From: a virus
Taxonomy: Duplodnaviria > Caudoviricetes
Length of the DNA: 64,000 bases
IMG/VR virus record: IMGVR_UViG_2974770163_000001
Span: 45,435 to 109,434 of that record
Reading direction: 5' to 3' (one strand)
The notes under the pieces are model-generated. The model was not told the DNA's origin. It worked only from the letters and a program-made list of their open reading frames with translations, and did no database searches. Shown one piece after another: positions 9,995-18,769 of this stretch. The translations under genes were made by a program, and so were the position numbers. Every line of letters starts with the position of its first letter. Position 1 is the first letter of the stretch.

Positions 9995-10121
9995 TTTTAA
10001 AGAGCGTTACTACTAGGAACTTATCCAGTCATTCATATGCCACTGGCGGCTACTTCGTGGGCTTTCCTTGCCTTGTTCCTTACTATGTGGAGTATATTAT
10101 CACACTGATTAAAGAAAGCAA
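9995..10121 (-). promoter_or_regulatory. Pre-early promoter, structured leader and boxA
   Basis: TTGCTT-16-TAATAT; leader closed by AGGAAC/GTTCCT; CGCTCTTTAAAA at 9995-10006. Confidence 0.7.
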
Positions 10122-10299
10122 CTATTATTTTAGATTATTTTGCTGGCGGTAGGATATAAGGAAACGGGCGCGTGATTATACACAAGTTAACTAGGAAGTA
10201 AAGAAAAACTATTTAGTAAAAGATGCAAAAAGAGCTTGCATTTAATAACCGTGGTGCTAATATGTATCACATCGAAAGGCAAACAAAGGAGGGAGCAAA

Positions 10300-11379
10300 A
10301 TGACCGTCAAGGCACTTAAAAGCAATCGAGCGATAGCTCGAAGCGGTCACATTAACACAATTGAGCAATTAAGACAATCAGACGTTGGGGGTTTTCCATC
10401 AACTAGTATTGTTAGCCGAGCTACGCCTAGGCAGCTTAATAATATAATGCATACGGCAGGCAATGAGGAGCAATCTGTATTAACTCCTTTAAGTAGTCAA
10501 AGTGCGTATAAACATATTAAAAATTTGCTTGATTTACTTGTTTCCGGTGTGGTAGAATACATTACAATCTACTCGCCAGATGGTACGTTAATAAGTGATC
10601 ACTATTATTCTACACGTCGATCTATGGAGGAGGATTGCGATTCCGCTTACTCTAAGGCTAAGGACGATTTACTAATCTTAGCTAGATCTAGTAATGGCAT
10701 CATGTTAACATGGGGTAGCTATGACGCTAGAAAGTCGGCAGGTGTCGGGGTCAAGGTAGAGTGTGAGGTTTTCAATCAAAATGATAACCTATTTGACGCT
10801 ATCTATGATATATTTAACCATGCTAACTATAACGATTTAATTGACGTGGATTTATCCGATAAGCTACGCAATCAGGGCGTTATTATACAGGGTCATACAG
10901 TTAGCGAGAACAAGTATACACAAGTAATTATAGAGGAATTTTTAAAATCATCTATAAGCGAAGCTGGCGAAACAGCAGAGCAACCAATCGAAACCAAAGA
11001 GGAAACTAGCAAAATGAAAACAACATTCAGCACTATCTTAGCAGAAAACAAAGCAGCAGCAATCAACGCTGGCGAGATGGAAACGGGGCGTTTAGTCGTT
11101 AATCGTATTGTGGCAGTCGTTAAAAAGCGTGCTCCGCTAATGGTTAAAGGTTACATTGATACACCAGTAGGGCGCATTGCAGTAGCAAATTTATTTGCCG
11201 CTTTAGTGCGAGAATATCTACCTGATAACGCACTGGCAGGACGTGCGGCAGACGGGGCGGTGAAGTCGGCAGCTTATGAAGTATTGCGCGATATTGATAT
11301 ACCAGCAATTCTGGAAGAAGTATTGGCAGGATTCAAAGAAGCGGAACCAGCACCAGCAGACGAAAAGATCGCACTGTAA
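10300..11379 (+). CDS. Pre-early hypothetical protein
   Basis: 359 aa, AGGAGG RBS, promoter TTGCAT..TAATAT upstream; possible internal start at MKTTFS. Confidence 0.8.
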   Translation: MTVKALKSNRAIARSGHINTIEQLRQSDVGGFPSTSIVSRATPRQLNNIMHTAGNEEQSVLTPLSSQSAYKHIKNLLDLLVSGVVEYITIYSPDGTLISDHYYSTRRSMEEDCDSAYSKAKDDLLILARSSNGIMLTWGSYDARKSAGVGVKVECEVFNQNDNLFDAIYDIFNHANYNDLIDVDLSDKLRNQGVIIQGHTVSENKYTQVIIEEFLKSSISEAGETAEQPIETKEETSKMKTTFSTILAENKAAAINAGEMETGRLVVNRIVAVVKKRAPLMVKGYIDTPVGRIAVANLFAALVREYLPDNALAGRAADGAVKSAAYEVLRDIDIPAILEEVLAGFKEAEPAPADEKIAL

Positions 11380-11427
11380 CATAAAGGCAGGGGCTAGAAC
11401 TTAGCCCCTAATTAAAGAGGTGATACA

Positions 11428-11829
11428 ATGGCAAAAGTTATCAATTTTGAGTGTGTACACGTCTTAAATATCCGTACAACGGGGCAAGCGTTATCGTGGA
11501 AAAGCGCACTAGAACAGATTAGTAAGTGTACTAAATGCCAATATGTTACTGTTACATTAGGTCGCTTGGTTTTCCGTATTGACTGGCTAATACTGGCTAG
11601 TATTTACGAATCTTTACAATTAAATATGCCGTTTAGTGTTGCAGTAGGGGGCGAAATCTGGTATATTGAACAATATCAGGACGTGGAACAATTGTTTTAT
11701 AACGTTCCTGTAAGCCGTCTTTTTATGAAAGAGGGAGTAGCTTATTATGTGGGCGATATTATCGGGCTATGTGGAGAAGTTACTAAGGGTCAAGGGATTA
11801 CGAATCATAGTACTGCTAATTTTAGCTGA
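11428..11829 (+). CDS. Pre-early hypothetical protein
   Basis: 133 aa, GAGGTG RBS. Confidence 0.75.
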   Translation: MAKVINFECVHVLNIRTTGQALSWKSALEQISKCTKCQYVTVTLGRLVFRIDWLILASIYESLQLNMPFSVAVGGEIWYIEQYQDVEQLFYNVPVSRLFMKEGVAYYVGDIIGLCGEVTKGQGITNHSTANFS

Positions 11830-11880
11830 GTTATTATATCGTGTTTTCTTTGAATCTAAGTACTACTTTTATACGCTCCA

Positions 11881-12306
11881 ATGACCATATTTAAAGTGTT
11901 GCTAGTTAGTGGCTGTATATGTATAGTTTGGCATATATTAGCCCACTGGCTAGATAGTAGACGCTTAAAACGTATGGGTAAAGGCTGATATCTAACCTAT
12001 AGGGGGTTATAATGTGGGATCTATTTCTATCCCCCAATGGGGATTTAAGCTGGCTTTCTTTGTTGCTGGCGGCTGTATGCACTATAGCTATTTTAGTGAT
12101 CTTTGATGATAACGAGCCGTTACTATAGGGTTTTATATGAAGTGTGACAAGGTAGGCGTATATTGCAACATTCTAGCGGCTGGCATCTTTGGGTTAATGA
12201 TTTTATCATGTATCTTAAAGTAATTCTTTATATGTTGGCTATTTTATGCCCTGTGTTCGGGGCTTCAAGCGGCTTAATGTGGTTAATGACTGTATTAGCA
12301 GGATAG
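11881..12306 (+). other. Four small hydrophobic ORFs (11881-11988, 12012-12128, 12137-12223, 12232-12306)
   Basis: 24-38 aa, each with a hydrophobic stretch; the middle two have clear AGGG RBS. Confidence 0.55.
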
Positions 12307-12708
12307 CACAAAAAGCTAAAACAATTTAATCTAGATAGGGTAATATTACCCTACCAACACAAAACGAGGGTTTAAATATGGAAAAATTAAAACTGGCATT
12401 CCCTACTGCATTTTCTGAGCTAGTTGAATGCTTTGGGGAAAAGCAAGCTGAAATTGAGCTTGAGAAGTTAGTCGAGCGTCAAAAGGTTAACCCTAAATTA
12501 GATTTAGAAGATAAGCCATTATTAGCCGCTTTTGTGTGGGAAGAAACGGAACAGGGTCATGAGTACTGGCGAGAGCTTTTATACTCAAAAGACCTACTAT
12601 CACCTTTGTTCTATTTCTTGTCCGACTCTAGCCATACAGACGACGAATAGCACGAAAAGCTAAAACATTTAAATTCAGGTAGGGTAATATAGCCCTACCA
12701 ACACAAAT
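12304..12708 (+). repeat. ~60-bp direct repeat (12304-12364 and 12648-12708) containing palindrome TAGGGTAATATTACCCTA
   Basis: TAGCACRAAAAGCTAAAACA...TAGGGTAATAT..CCCTACCAACACAAA precedes two paralogous ORFs. Confidence 0.85.
12378..12650 (+). CDS. Hypothetical protein, paralog of next ORF
   Basis: Motif AAFVWEETEQGHEYW. Confidence 0.8.
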   Translation: MEKLKLAFPTAFSELVECFGEKQAEIELEKLVERQKVNPKLDLEDKPLLAAFVWEETEQGHEYWRELLYSKDLLSPLFYFLSDSSHTDDE

Positions 12709-12735
12709 AAACCAATGATTTGAGAGGTAGTAAAA

Positions 12736-13164
12736 ATGACCATTATCCAACGTATGCCTAAATTTGTTTCTACTATGGTAGCAGTATTTGACGGGGACGC
12801 AGACCTTGCAGCGCAGATCATTAACGAGTTAGAAGCGGCAGGAGTAGAATTCGCAGAAAAAGATTGTGTTAGCTTGGGGGCGGCTTTTGATTGGCAGCAA
12901 TCCCCGCAAGGTCGGGAGTATTGGGATATGATGGACGATAAAGCGGAGCAGGTACTAGGCGAAGATTACCGCTTGCCAGACTTTCAAGAGTGTGGTTGTC
13001 CAGCTTGTCAAATGACCGTTAAACTAGGCGGCACAATTGATGCAATCATGGTTGTAGGATCGCTGGGCTTGCTAGTAGAGGCTATTCCTGAGCCAATGAT
13101 CAAAGATATGGTAACTCGTGCTAAGGAAGATCGCCTTAAAGAAAGAGCAGGGCGCACGCACTAA
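12736..13164 (+). CDS. Hypothetical protein with CxCxxC extension
   Basis: Motif AAFDWQQSPQGREYW and CGCPAC. Confidence 0.8.
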   Translation: MTIIQRMPKFVSTMVAVFDGDADLAAQIINELEAAGVEFAEKDCVSLGAAFDWQQSPQGREYWDMMDDKAEQVLGEDYRLPDFQECGCPACQMTVKLGGTIDAIMVVGSLGLLVEAIPEPMIKDMVTRAKEDRLKERAGRTH

Positions 13165-13397
13165 CATTAATTTAGTTGCTAAGTTTATGCCCCCTCTATG
13201 TATAATAGGGGGCATCAAAAGAAAGGGGGTAGCAAATGATCTTATTTACTTTGTGGGGCGTTATTCAGTGGGCTACATTGGTTTATATCCTCGTTACCCC
13301 GTATGTATTAAATGCCGTAGTAGCCGCACAGTTAGCAGGCGTATAACTTCTAAGGAGGTTATACACAAGTTAACCGTAAACAATCGAGGGTATTAAA

Positions 13398-13667
13398 ATG
13401 AAATTATCTAAACTGGTATTAGCTACTTTAGTGTTAAGCTTGGCAGGTTGTGCGACTACTGGCGAAAAACCAGCTATAACCCCTAAAACGTGTATGGGTA
13501 TCATGGAAGTTTCGACCATGAATCGCACCTACTCAGTGGACTTGAAAGCCGTCAAAACTAACAAGTATGGCGAAACGTTCTATCAGGTTAAAGGCTACAA
13601 TCCATTTGTAGGCGGGGCAGGTTGGGTTCGTGAAGATGCTTTTCAGTCTGTAATATGTAATGAATGA
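13398..13667 (+). CDS. cor: Cor-like superinfection-exclusion lipoprotein
   Basis: Lipobox LAGC, two further Cys, T.Y...NPF...GWV...F...C pattern and size as in Cor proteins. Confidence 0.65.
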   Translation: MKLSKLVLATLVLSLAGCATTGEKPAITPKTCMGIMEVSTMNRTYSVDLKAVKTNKYGETFYQVKGYNPFVGGAGWVREDAFQSVICNE

Positions 13668-13860
13668 GATCATATATATTAAACGCTTTATATCCCTATA
13701 CTGGCATTTTATAGGGGTAGTCGAAGCGATGCACGAAAAGGCAGTTAGTGAGAATCACCAATACGGGATTGACCTAACTAGACGTAAACTAGACCGCCTT
13801 AAAATTGATCTGCTAGGCTGGCAAGATAAGCTGATGCACGAGATAAAAAATACAAAATAG
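13660..13860 (+). CDS. Pre-early hypothetical protein
   Basis: 66 aa, overlaps upstream stop. Confidence 0.6.
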   Translation: MNEIIYIKRFISLYWHFIGVVEAMHEKAVSENHQYGIDLTRRKLDRLKIDLLGWQDKLMHEIKNTK

Positions 13861-13924
13861 TCATTGACACTATAGCCCTTTCGATGTATATTATATGCAT
13901 ACACCAAAACGAGAGGGCTACAAA

Positions 13925-14194
13925 ATGATTATTCGTATTTCTGGCATTAACATAAATAACGATTTAGATATGTTTGACGCACTGGCGGGCGCAGGTTATG
14001 CAGGGGCACTAGATCGCCTAGACGATATAACAGCAGAGTTAGACGTGAGAGATTATGCCTTTAGACAACGGGCAGGGATCGAGGAAGCAGATGTATTACA
14101 AATGATCAGTGAGCTTACATCATTAGGACTAACTCTAACGATAGTCGGAGAACCTAACACTAGCCTATTAGAAGCCGTGATTGCAGGCAACTAA
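13925..14194 (+). CDS. Last pre-early hypothetical protein
   Basis: GAGGG RBS before MIIRISG; promoter TTGACA-17-TATATT at 13864-13892. Confidence 0.75.
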   Translation: MIIRISGININNDLDMFDALAGAGYAGALDRLDDITAELDVRDYAFRQRAGIEEADVLQMISELTSLGLTLTIVGEPNTSLLEAVIAGN

Positions 14195-14214
14195 CAACCA
14201 TAACAACCATAACA

Positions 14215-14240
14215 GCCTTGCAGAAATGCAGGGCTTTTTT
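14215..14240 (+). terminator. Intrinsic terminator
   Basis: GCCTTGCA-GAAA-TGCAGGGC followed by T6. Confidence 0.9.
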
Positions 14241-14352
14241 ATGCCCCTAGCCTCTCAAGCCCCTATAAGACTATCCCTATCACAATTAAACCTCTCACAA
14301 TGGCTTACAGTGCGTTTCATTGGACAACCGCATTATATGCTATCAGAGACTA

Positions 14353-14368
14353 CTGTATAAATAAACAG
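14353..14368. promoter_or_regulatory. LexA (SOS) box
   Basis: CTGTATAAATAAACAG = CTG-N10-CAG with AT-rich core. Confidence 0.85.
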
Positions 14369-14404
14369 GTTCAAAACTGTGGATAAGTCCTGTGGATAAG
14401 TCGA

Positions 14405-14420
14405 AATGAATCGATTCAGC
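14405..14420. promoter_or_regulatory. Cra/FruR-type operator
   Basis: AATGAATCGATTCAGC vs consensus GCTGAATCGATTCAGC (14/16). Confidence 0.75.
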
Positions 14421-14428
14421 AAGCCCCC

Positions 14429-14445
14429 AACTGGTCAGACCTGTG
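14429..14445. promoter_or_regulatory. FadR-type operator
   Basis: AACTGGTCAGACCTGTG vs AACTGGTCnGACCAGTT. Confidence 0.75.
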
Positions 14446-14455
14446 GATAACTTCT

Positions 14456-14486
14456 AAATGCAAGTGAGAAGCATTCGCATTCATTT
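14456..14486. promoter_or_regulatory. Fur-box-like site
   Basis: AAATGCAAGTGAGAAGCATTCGCATTCATTT; core 12/19 to GATAATGATAATCATTATC. Confidence 0.6.
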
Positions 14487-14558
14487 AGCCGTCTAAACGT
14501 CTGGACGTCTAAACGTCTAGACGGCTGGACGTCTGGAAGGCTGGACGTCTAGACGTCC
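14487..14558. promoter_or_regulatory. Nine tandem MetJ boxes
   Basis: AGCCGTCT AAACGTCT GGACGTCT AAACGTCT AGACGGCT GGACGTCT GGAAGGCT GGACGTCT AGACGTCC; consensus AGACGTCT, 8-bp period. Confidence 0.88.
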
Positions 14559-14686
14559 CTCTGCGCTTATGTGCATAATCGGGATCGCTTTTTCAAAACG
14601 TTACATGCGAGCTAGGCCACATGTGAATTTCTGAAAATGCAAATTCCAAAATTCTCGAAAAAATTTTTCCATTCGTAAAATATTCT

Positions 14687-15558
14687 CTCCTGCTCCCTGG
14701 CTGTTTCAATTTCCCTATACTATTTACTCTTCCACCAGCAGTTCTCCAGCCTCAAAAATAAAATGCAAATATAAAACTGAGTGCGTCTTTTCTATGGAAC
14801 TCCATTTTATTTTTGATTCTCAGGAATGTGATAGCCTTAGTTTATAAATCAGTTTTGAAAACTCCGAAAATTTTAAATGCCCAGATCTATCCCAGCAATC
14901 CAGTCAGCCAGGGAAGAGGAGAAAACCAAAGAAATCACTTGACAACCAGTTTTGCTAAAGTCAATTAACCAAATTGATCCACCAGCGTTTTATAAACTAG
15001 AATATTATTTGCCCTCAGAATTTAGGTGTGAGCAATTCTCCTGTTCCCCTTCCGAATCTATTGATGCAGAGGATTCTAGGAATGCAAAATATTTATCGCT
15101 GCTAATTTGAGTTGTGGGAAACCTTGGGAAGTTGTTTGGTGGATGCTTGGGGATTTGATCAGTTGTGCCGGGGAACAGGAGAGGATTTTGTGGGATGCTC
15201 AGAAAAATCGTTGTTCGCAGAAAAACGCATTTAAAACAACCCCCCTGGTAGCTAACCGCCCTATATCGAAAAATTATGACCTTAAAGGTGGGTAAAGGGC
15301 TTGAAAAATAAAAAATTCATGAGGCCCCAAGAACTGGATGATTCAACGGTCGGTATAAACAAATCTCTCCTGTTCCCAGGCTGTTTTAATTAGATATGAT
15401 GTGAGATGTGGGTAGGATGAACTTTTATTGTCTAGATATGATGTGGCACGTGGGTAGTGTGATGATTTATAAGGGTTAGGAAAGTCTAGGAGTGCACAAT
15501 TTGTGGAGGGAAGTCACGAGAAGCTTATAGATGTGGAAGTTGAAAAAGGGAACAGGAG
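14687..15558. repeat. Dispersed motif CTCCTGTTCCC(W)GGCTG, six copies in alternating orientation
   Basis: 14687(+), 14905(-), 15038(+), 15167(-), 15367(+), 15548(-). Confidence 0.85.
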
Positions 15559-15656
15559 AAATTTTTATCTAGGAATATCTAGGTAAATGAATCTCACACC
15601 TAGCAGAATTCCAGGGTATCAAAGGTTCCAGTTCTATTATTATGTTTAGTATAGAT

Positions 15657-15684
15657 AATAAAAAACCTCCTTGAGCGGAGGTTT
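15657..15684 (-). terminator. Intrinsic terminator ending early transcription
   Basis: AAACCTCC/GGAGGTTT stem with T run on minus strand. Confidence 0.8.
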
Positions 15685-15938
15685 ATTGGTTTTATTAAAC
15701 GAGTGGTTTTTAAAGAATAGAAGATCCCCAAGGATGCATAGCAGTCGCATGAAGCACTTACACGAGACTATGTACGTTGTACCGTGATGTAATCTGTCTC
15801 TCCTTTGGTTCCGAGCCATATACATCACTTCCTAGTCAAGTAAGTGCTTTGCTGCTGTATTGACGATAAATCTTGTTTATCTAATACAGATATTATAACA
15901 TCAAAACTTTGTCACGTCAATGAAAAAATTTAATTCCG

Positions 15939-16925
15939 TCAAAGGTCAGTTGCACCGGGTGGAGGGCAACCGTTGACTCCTATACTTGGACTTAGATCTT
16001 TCTTAGGTGGAGTTCTCTTAGGGCTTACAATACGTTTAATCATGAATTGTTTGAATCCATTTAGTCCCACCGATATTGCTTTTACTGCTGAGTTTGATGA
16101 GGGTTTCAAAGACTTAGTTTCTTCTCTGTTAAAGTCTCCTAGTTCCATGCCTAGGTAAGAGAGGTAAGTCACGAAATCTTCATCAGAGTGCGCAAGAGCT
16201 TGCTTCACCCATTCTGGGGCCGGTGCCTTTATATGTGACCACATCGCCAATGTTGATGCGATAAATGCTTGGGAAGTATTATGTGCATACTGTCTAGTGT
16301 ATGGTAACGTTGGCTGATCAATCAGGATTGTATTTCCTTTATATAAAATACTATCTCCTGTTAATGTACCATTGTATACTACTTCCGGTATATCCTTTTC
16401 ATCTAGCAGTGAGGTTAGTGGGGGTAATTCTACTACCTGTGTTCCTTCCCAGAACTCTGGTTCATCGGACATATACCCTACAACCTTACACATGTAGTAA
16501 CCAGTCTTTTGTGTATGTCTGATTCGGTTGAACTCCTTGAGTTTATCCTTAGACTTAGATTTGTAATACCTTAGAGGTTGATACTCTGGCTCAAAGATAG
16601 ACTTGAACGCCACATCCATTGCAAATCTAGAGTTATGGATTCTTACAGCTGGGAAACTTACCTCTTTGTCCTCATGAATAAGTAAGTCAAAGTTTGCCAC
16701 TGTCCTAGCTTCTGATAAGTCGATAGCTCCATGATAGGAGAGGAAGTGTAACGGATAAGCTGATATGCTACGTATACACTTTCTATCTGCTGAGGGATAA
16801 CGCTTGGTAAAGAAGTCCACTAGGCGCAACTCGTACTCGGAAAGCTCGGAGGTCTTCTTACCATTTAAGTCCATTAAGTCTTGATACGCTTGTTGAACTA
16901 GGGTTGGGTTTACTGATGATAACAT
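15939..16925 (-). CDS. Early hypothetical protein adjacent to the terminal repeat
   Basis: 328 aa, AGGAG RBS embedded in the repeated motif. Confidence 0.85.
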   Translation of the reverse strand: MLSSVNPTLVQQAYQDLMDLNGKKTSELSEYELRLVDFFTKRYPSADRKCIRSISAYPLHFLSYHGAIDLSEARTVANFDLLIHEDKEVSFPAVRIHNSRFAMDVAFKSIFEPEYQPLRYYKSKSKDKLKEFNRIRHTQKTGYYMCKVVGYMSDEPEFWEGTQVVELPPLTSLLDEKDIPEVVYNGTLTGDSILYKGNTILIDQPTLPYTRQYAHNTSQAFIASTLAMWSHIKAPAPEWVKQALAHSDEDFVTYLSYLGMELGDFNREETKSLKPSSNSAVKAISVGLNGFKQFMIKRIVSPKRTPPKKDLSPSIGVNGCPPPGATDL

Positions 16926-18139
16926 AATTATTTTCTCCTGTTCCCTGGCTGAATGAGCAAGGAACTACGGCTGTCTACGGAAGTCCTCTTACAGCCATCG
17001 GAGGACTTTCTGAATCTATACTTACATTATAACACAGTCCTCGGAAGACTGCAAGTAATCTTTCTTATTTATTGTCTATAAGCCAACAGAAAGCACAAAG
17101 CCCCACACACCATAGGCATGTGAGGAGAGTTGTTAGACTAAACATAAGTCTCTTCGTTGTTTAGTTTGACTTCTACGTAACGCTTAAGTACTGGTGCAAT
17201 AAGACTCATTGCCTCTTTAATCTTGGTAGCGTACTTATCTGCGGATTCTTTCTCAGTGAATACTCGGTGTTCCCATTCAATGTTAGGCATGTCCATAGCA
17301 CTATAACGAAGACTTGAGTAGACTGGGTATTTAACTGTCCATGAGCGAACCAATACTTTCTCTTTTAATTCGCCAATGTTATTTTCGTAAAGCTCTTTCT
17401 TAGGTGGAGTGAAGAAGAAATCTAGGAAAGCCATATAATTATCCTTATATAATGTTTGAGAAAAATTCAGTAATTGATTTGCCTAGGTGTGCTGCAACTA
17501 CATTTAGCGTAGTCCACAGCACCAGTATAACTACGATAGCAATAACTTTAAGCATTTTTGTTCTCCCTATCAAGATCCCTTAAACCTTTGAGAGTCTTAC
17601 TACCTGCCTTGATTGCCTTAGCCGTTATCTTCTTTAATTCTCTATCAGAAAGCTCTAACCTATCTGACAGCGTTGGAGTGGTGCGGGTTATGGTGTATAT
17701 TGTACCACCAACAACGGCGAAGATAATTACTAAGACGGTTAGGGCTATTAACATGATACTAATCATTCGTCTTTCTCCGGTGGTATCTGTAACTTATATT
17801 GTCTAACCGCTTCTATAGCCTCATCTAGCGCACCGCTTAGTTCTTTGTACTTTTGCTCTTCCGAGGGTACAGATATTGACCATGTTGAATCATCATTCCA
17901 AGATGGTGTCTTATAGTTTATAATCTCTTTGTAGAGATCAAGGTTTTCCTTATTCTGTTTACTTGCTAACATGCCGATAAGGAAAACTATAATACCAGCC
18001 ATTATGAGGATTATTACCGATAGAATCGTTACCATAATTGAATCCTAGAAAAATAAGGGGAGCCAAATAGGCATTGATACCAACGCTGCTCCCAGGATTA
18101 TAAATACTGGTAATACTATTGTGTCGTTGTTACCCATAT

Positions 18140-18769
18140 CTACTCCGTAATAACTAAGTTGTTTAACTTACCCTTTACTTTATCTAGGAAGACTTGATCA
18201 GGCTGGTAGAAGCTTCTGATTTGCACTAGCTTCTTCAGTGCCCAGTTAGATGCAGCTTTCTTAGACTTACTAAAGCTAATAGTTTCTGCGTTTCGATAAA
18301 TGTCTGCCAACTTAACCTGAGCAACTGCCGGTACGAAACTATATAGCTTATTGTTAGTCAATTGCTGGTCAATATCTTTAGTTAGTCGGTCAACGATAAA
18401 TGCAACATCATCACCAAATGCTCTTCTAACACTTTCTAGGTTGAGGTTTGTATCCTCAACGACATCGTGAAGCCATGCAGCGCATAGAGTCACGAGATGC
18501 TCATAGTCATTTGGGAAATCAAATTCTCTACCAACAATACGAGCTACCCCTGCTAGATGCATGTTCGTATAGTCGTCTTCATGACTAAAGCCTTCTCCTG
18601 AACGGAAAGCCTGATTTTTATGGGCTATTCTAGCTACGGAGCCTGCAATTTCCGCAGCAATCTCCTCTATATCTTCACCCTCTAGCAGAATCTCTAGATT
18701 AGCTCGGTTTTCCCAAGTAGGGTGTTTCAGTATAAAGATTACTGCGTCAATTAGTCTTTTGTCTTTCAT
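18140..18769 (-). CDS. HD-domain hydrolase, SpoT/Mesh1-like (small alarmone hydrolase)
   Basis: AH..Q.R, HL..VA, AAWLHDVVEDT, VKLAD..N motifs. Confidence 0.75.
   Translation of the reverse strand: MKDKRLIDAVIFILKHPTWENRANLEILLEGEDIEEIAAEIAGSVARIAHKNQAFRSGEGFSHEDDYTNMHLAGVARIVGREFDFPNDYEHLVTLCAAWLHDVVEDTNLNLESVRRAFGDDVAFIVDRLTKDIDQQLTNNKLYSFVPAVAQVKLADIYRNAETISFSKSKKAASNWALKKLVQIRSFYQPDQVFLDKVKGKLNNLVITE

Larger units (their letters stand above)
14378..14450. promoter_or_regulatory. Three perfect DnaA boxes
   Basis: TGTGGATAA at 14378, 14391 and 14442. Confidence 0.9.
4450..15600. repeat. Probable long terminal repeat / first-step-transfer region (collapsed; boundaries approximate)
   Basis: Contains dmp, A1, A2 and the non-coding stop region, the T5 terminal-repeat content; ends cannot be fixed without read coverage. 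Confidence 0.6.

Noticed and set aside
14329-14606. ArgR, NrdR, CRP or LacI-family boxes flanking the operator array (GCATTATATGC, TTATGTGCATAA, CAAAACGTTACA)
   Set aside because: Spacing or half-sites do not fit a consensus well enough to name by eye; a PWM scan is needed
15388-15465. Tus/Ter sites in the TAGATATGATGTG direct repeat
   Set aside because: Several mismatches to the essential GTATGTTGTAAC core; kept only as an unexplained short repeat
15107-15828. ORFs 15107-15295 and 15646-15828
   Set aside because: No convincing RBS; they overlap repeat motifs or a terminator in the non-coding stop region
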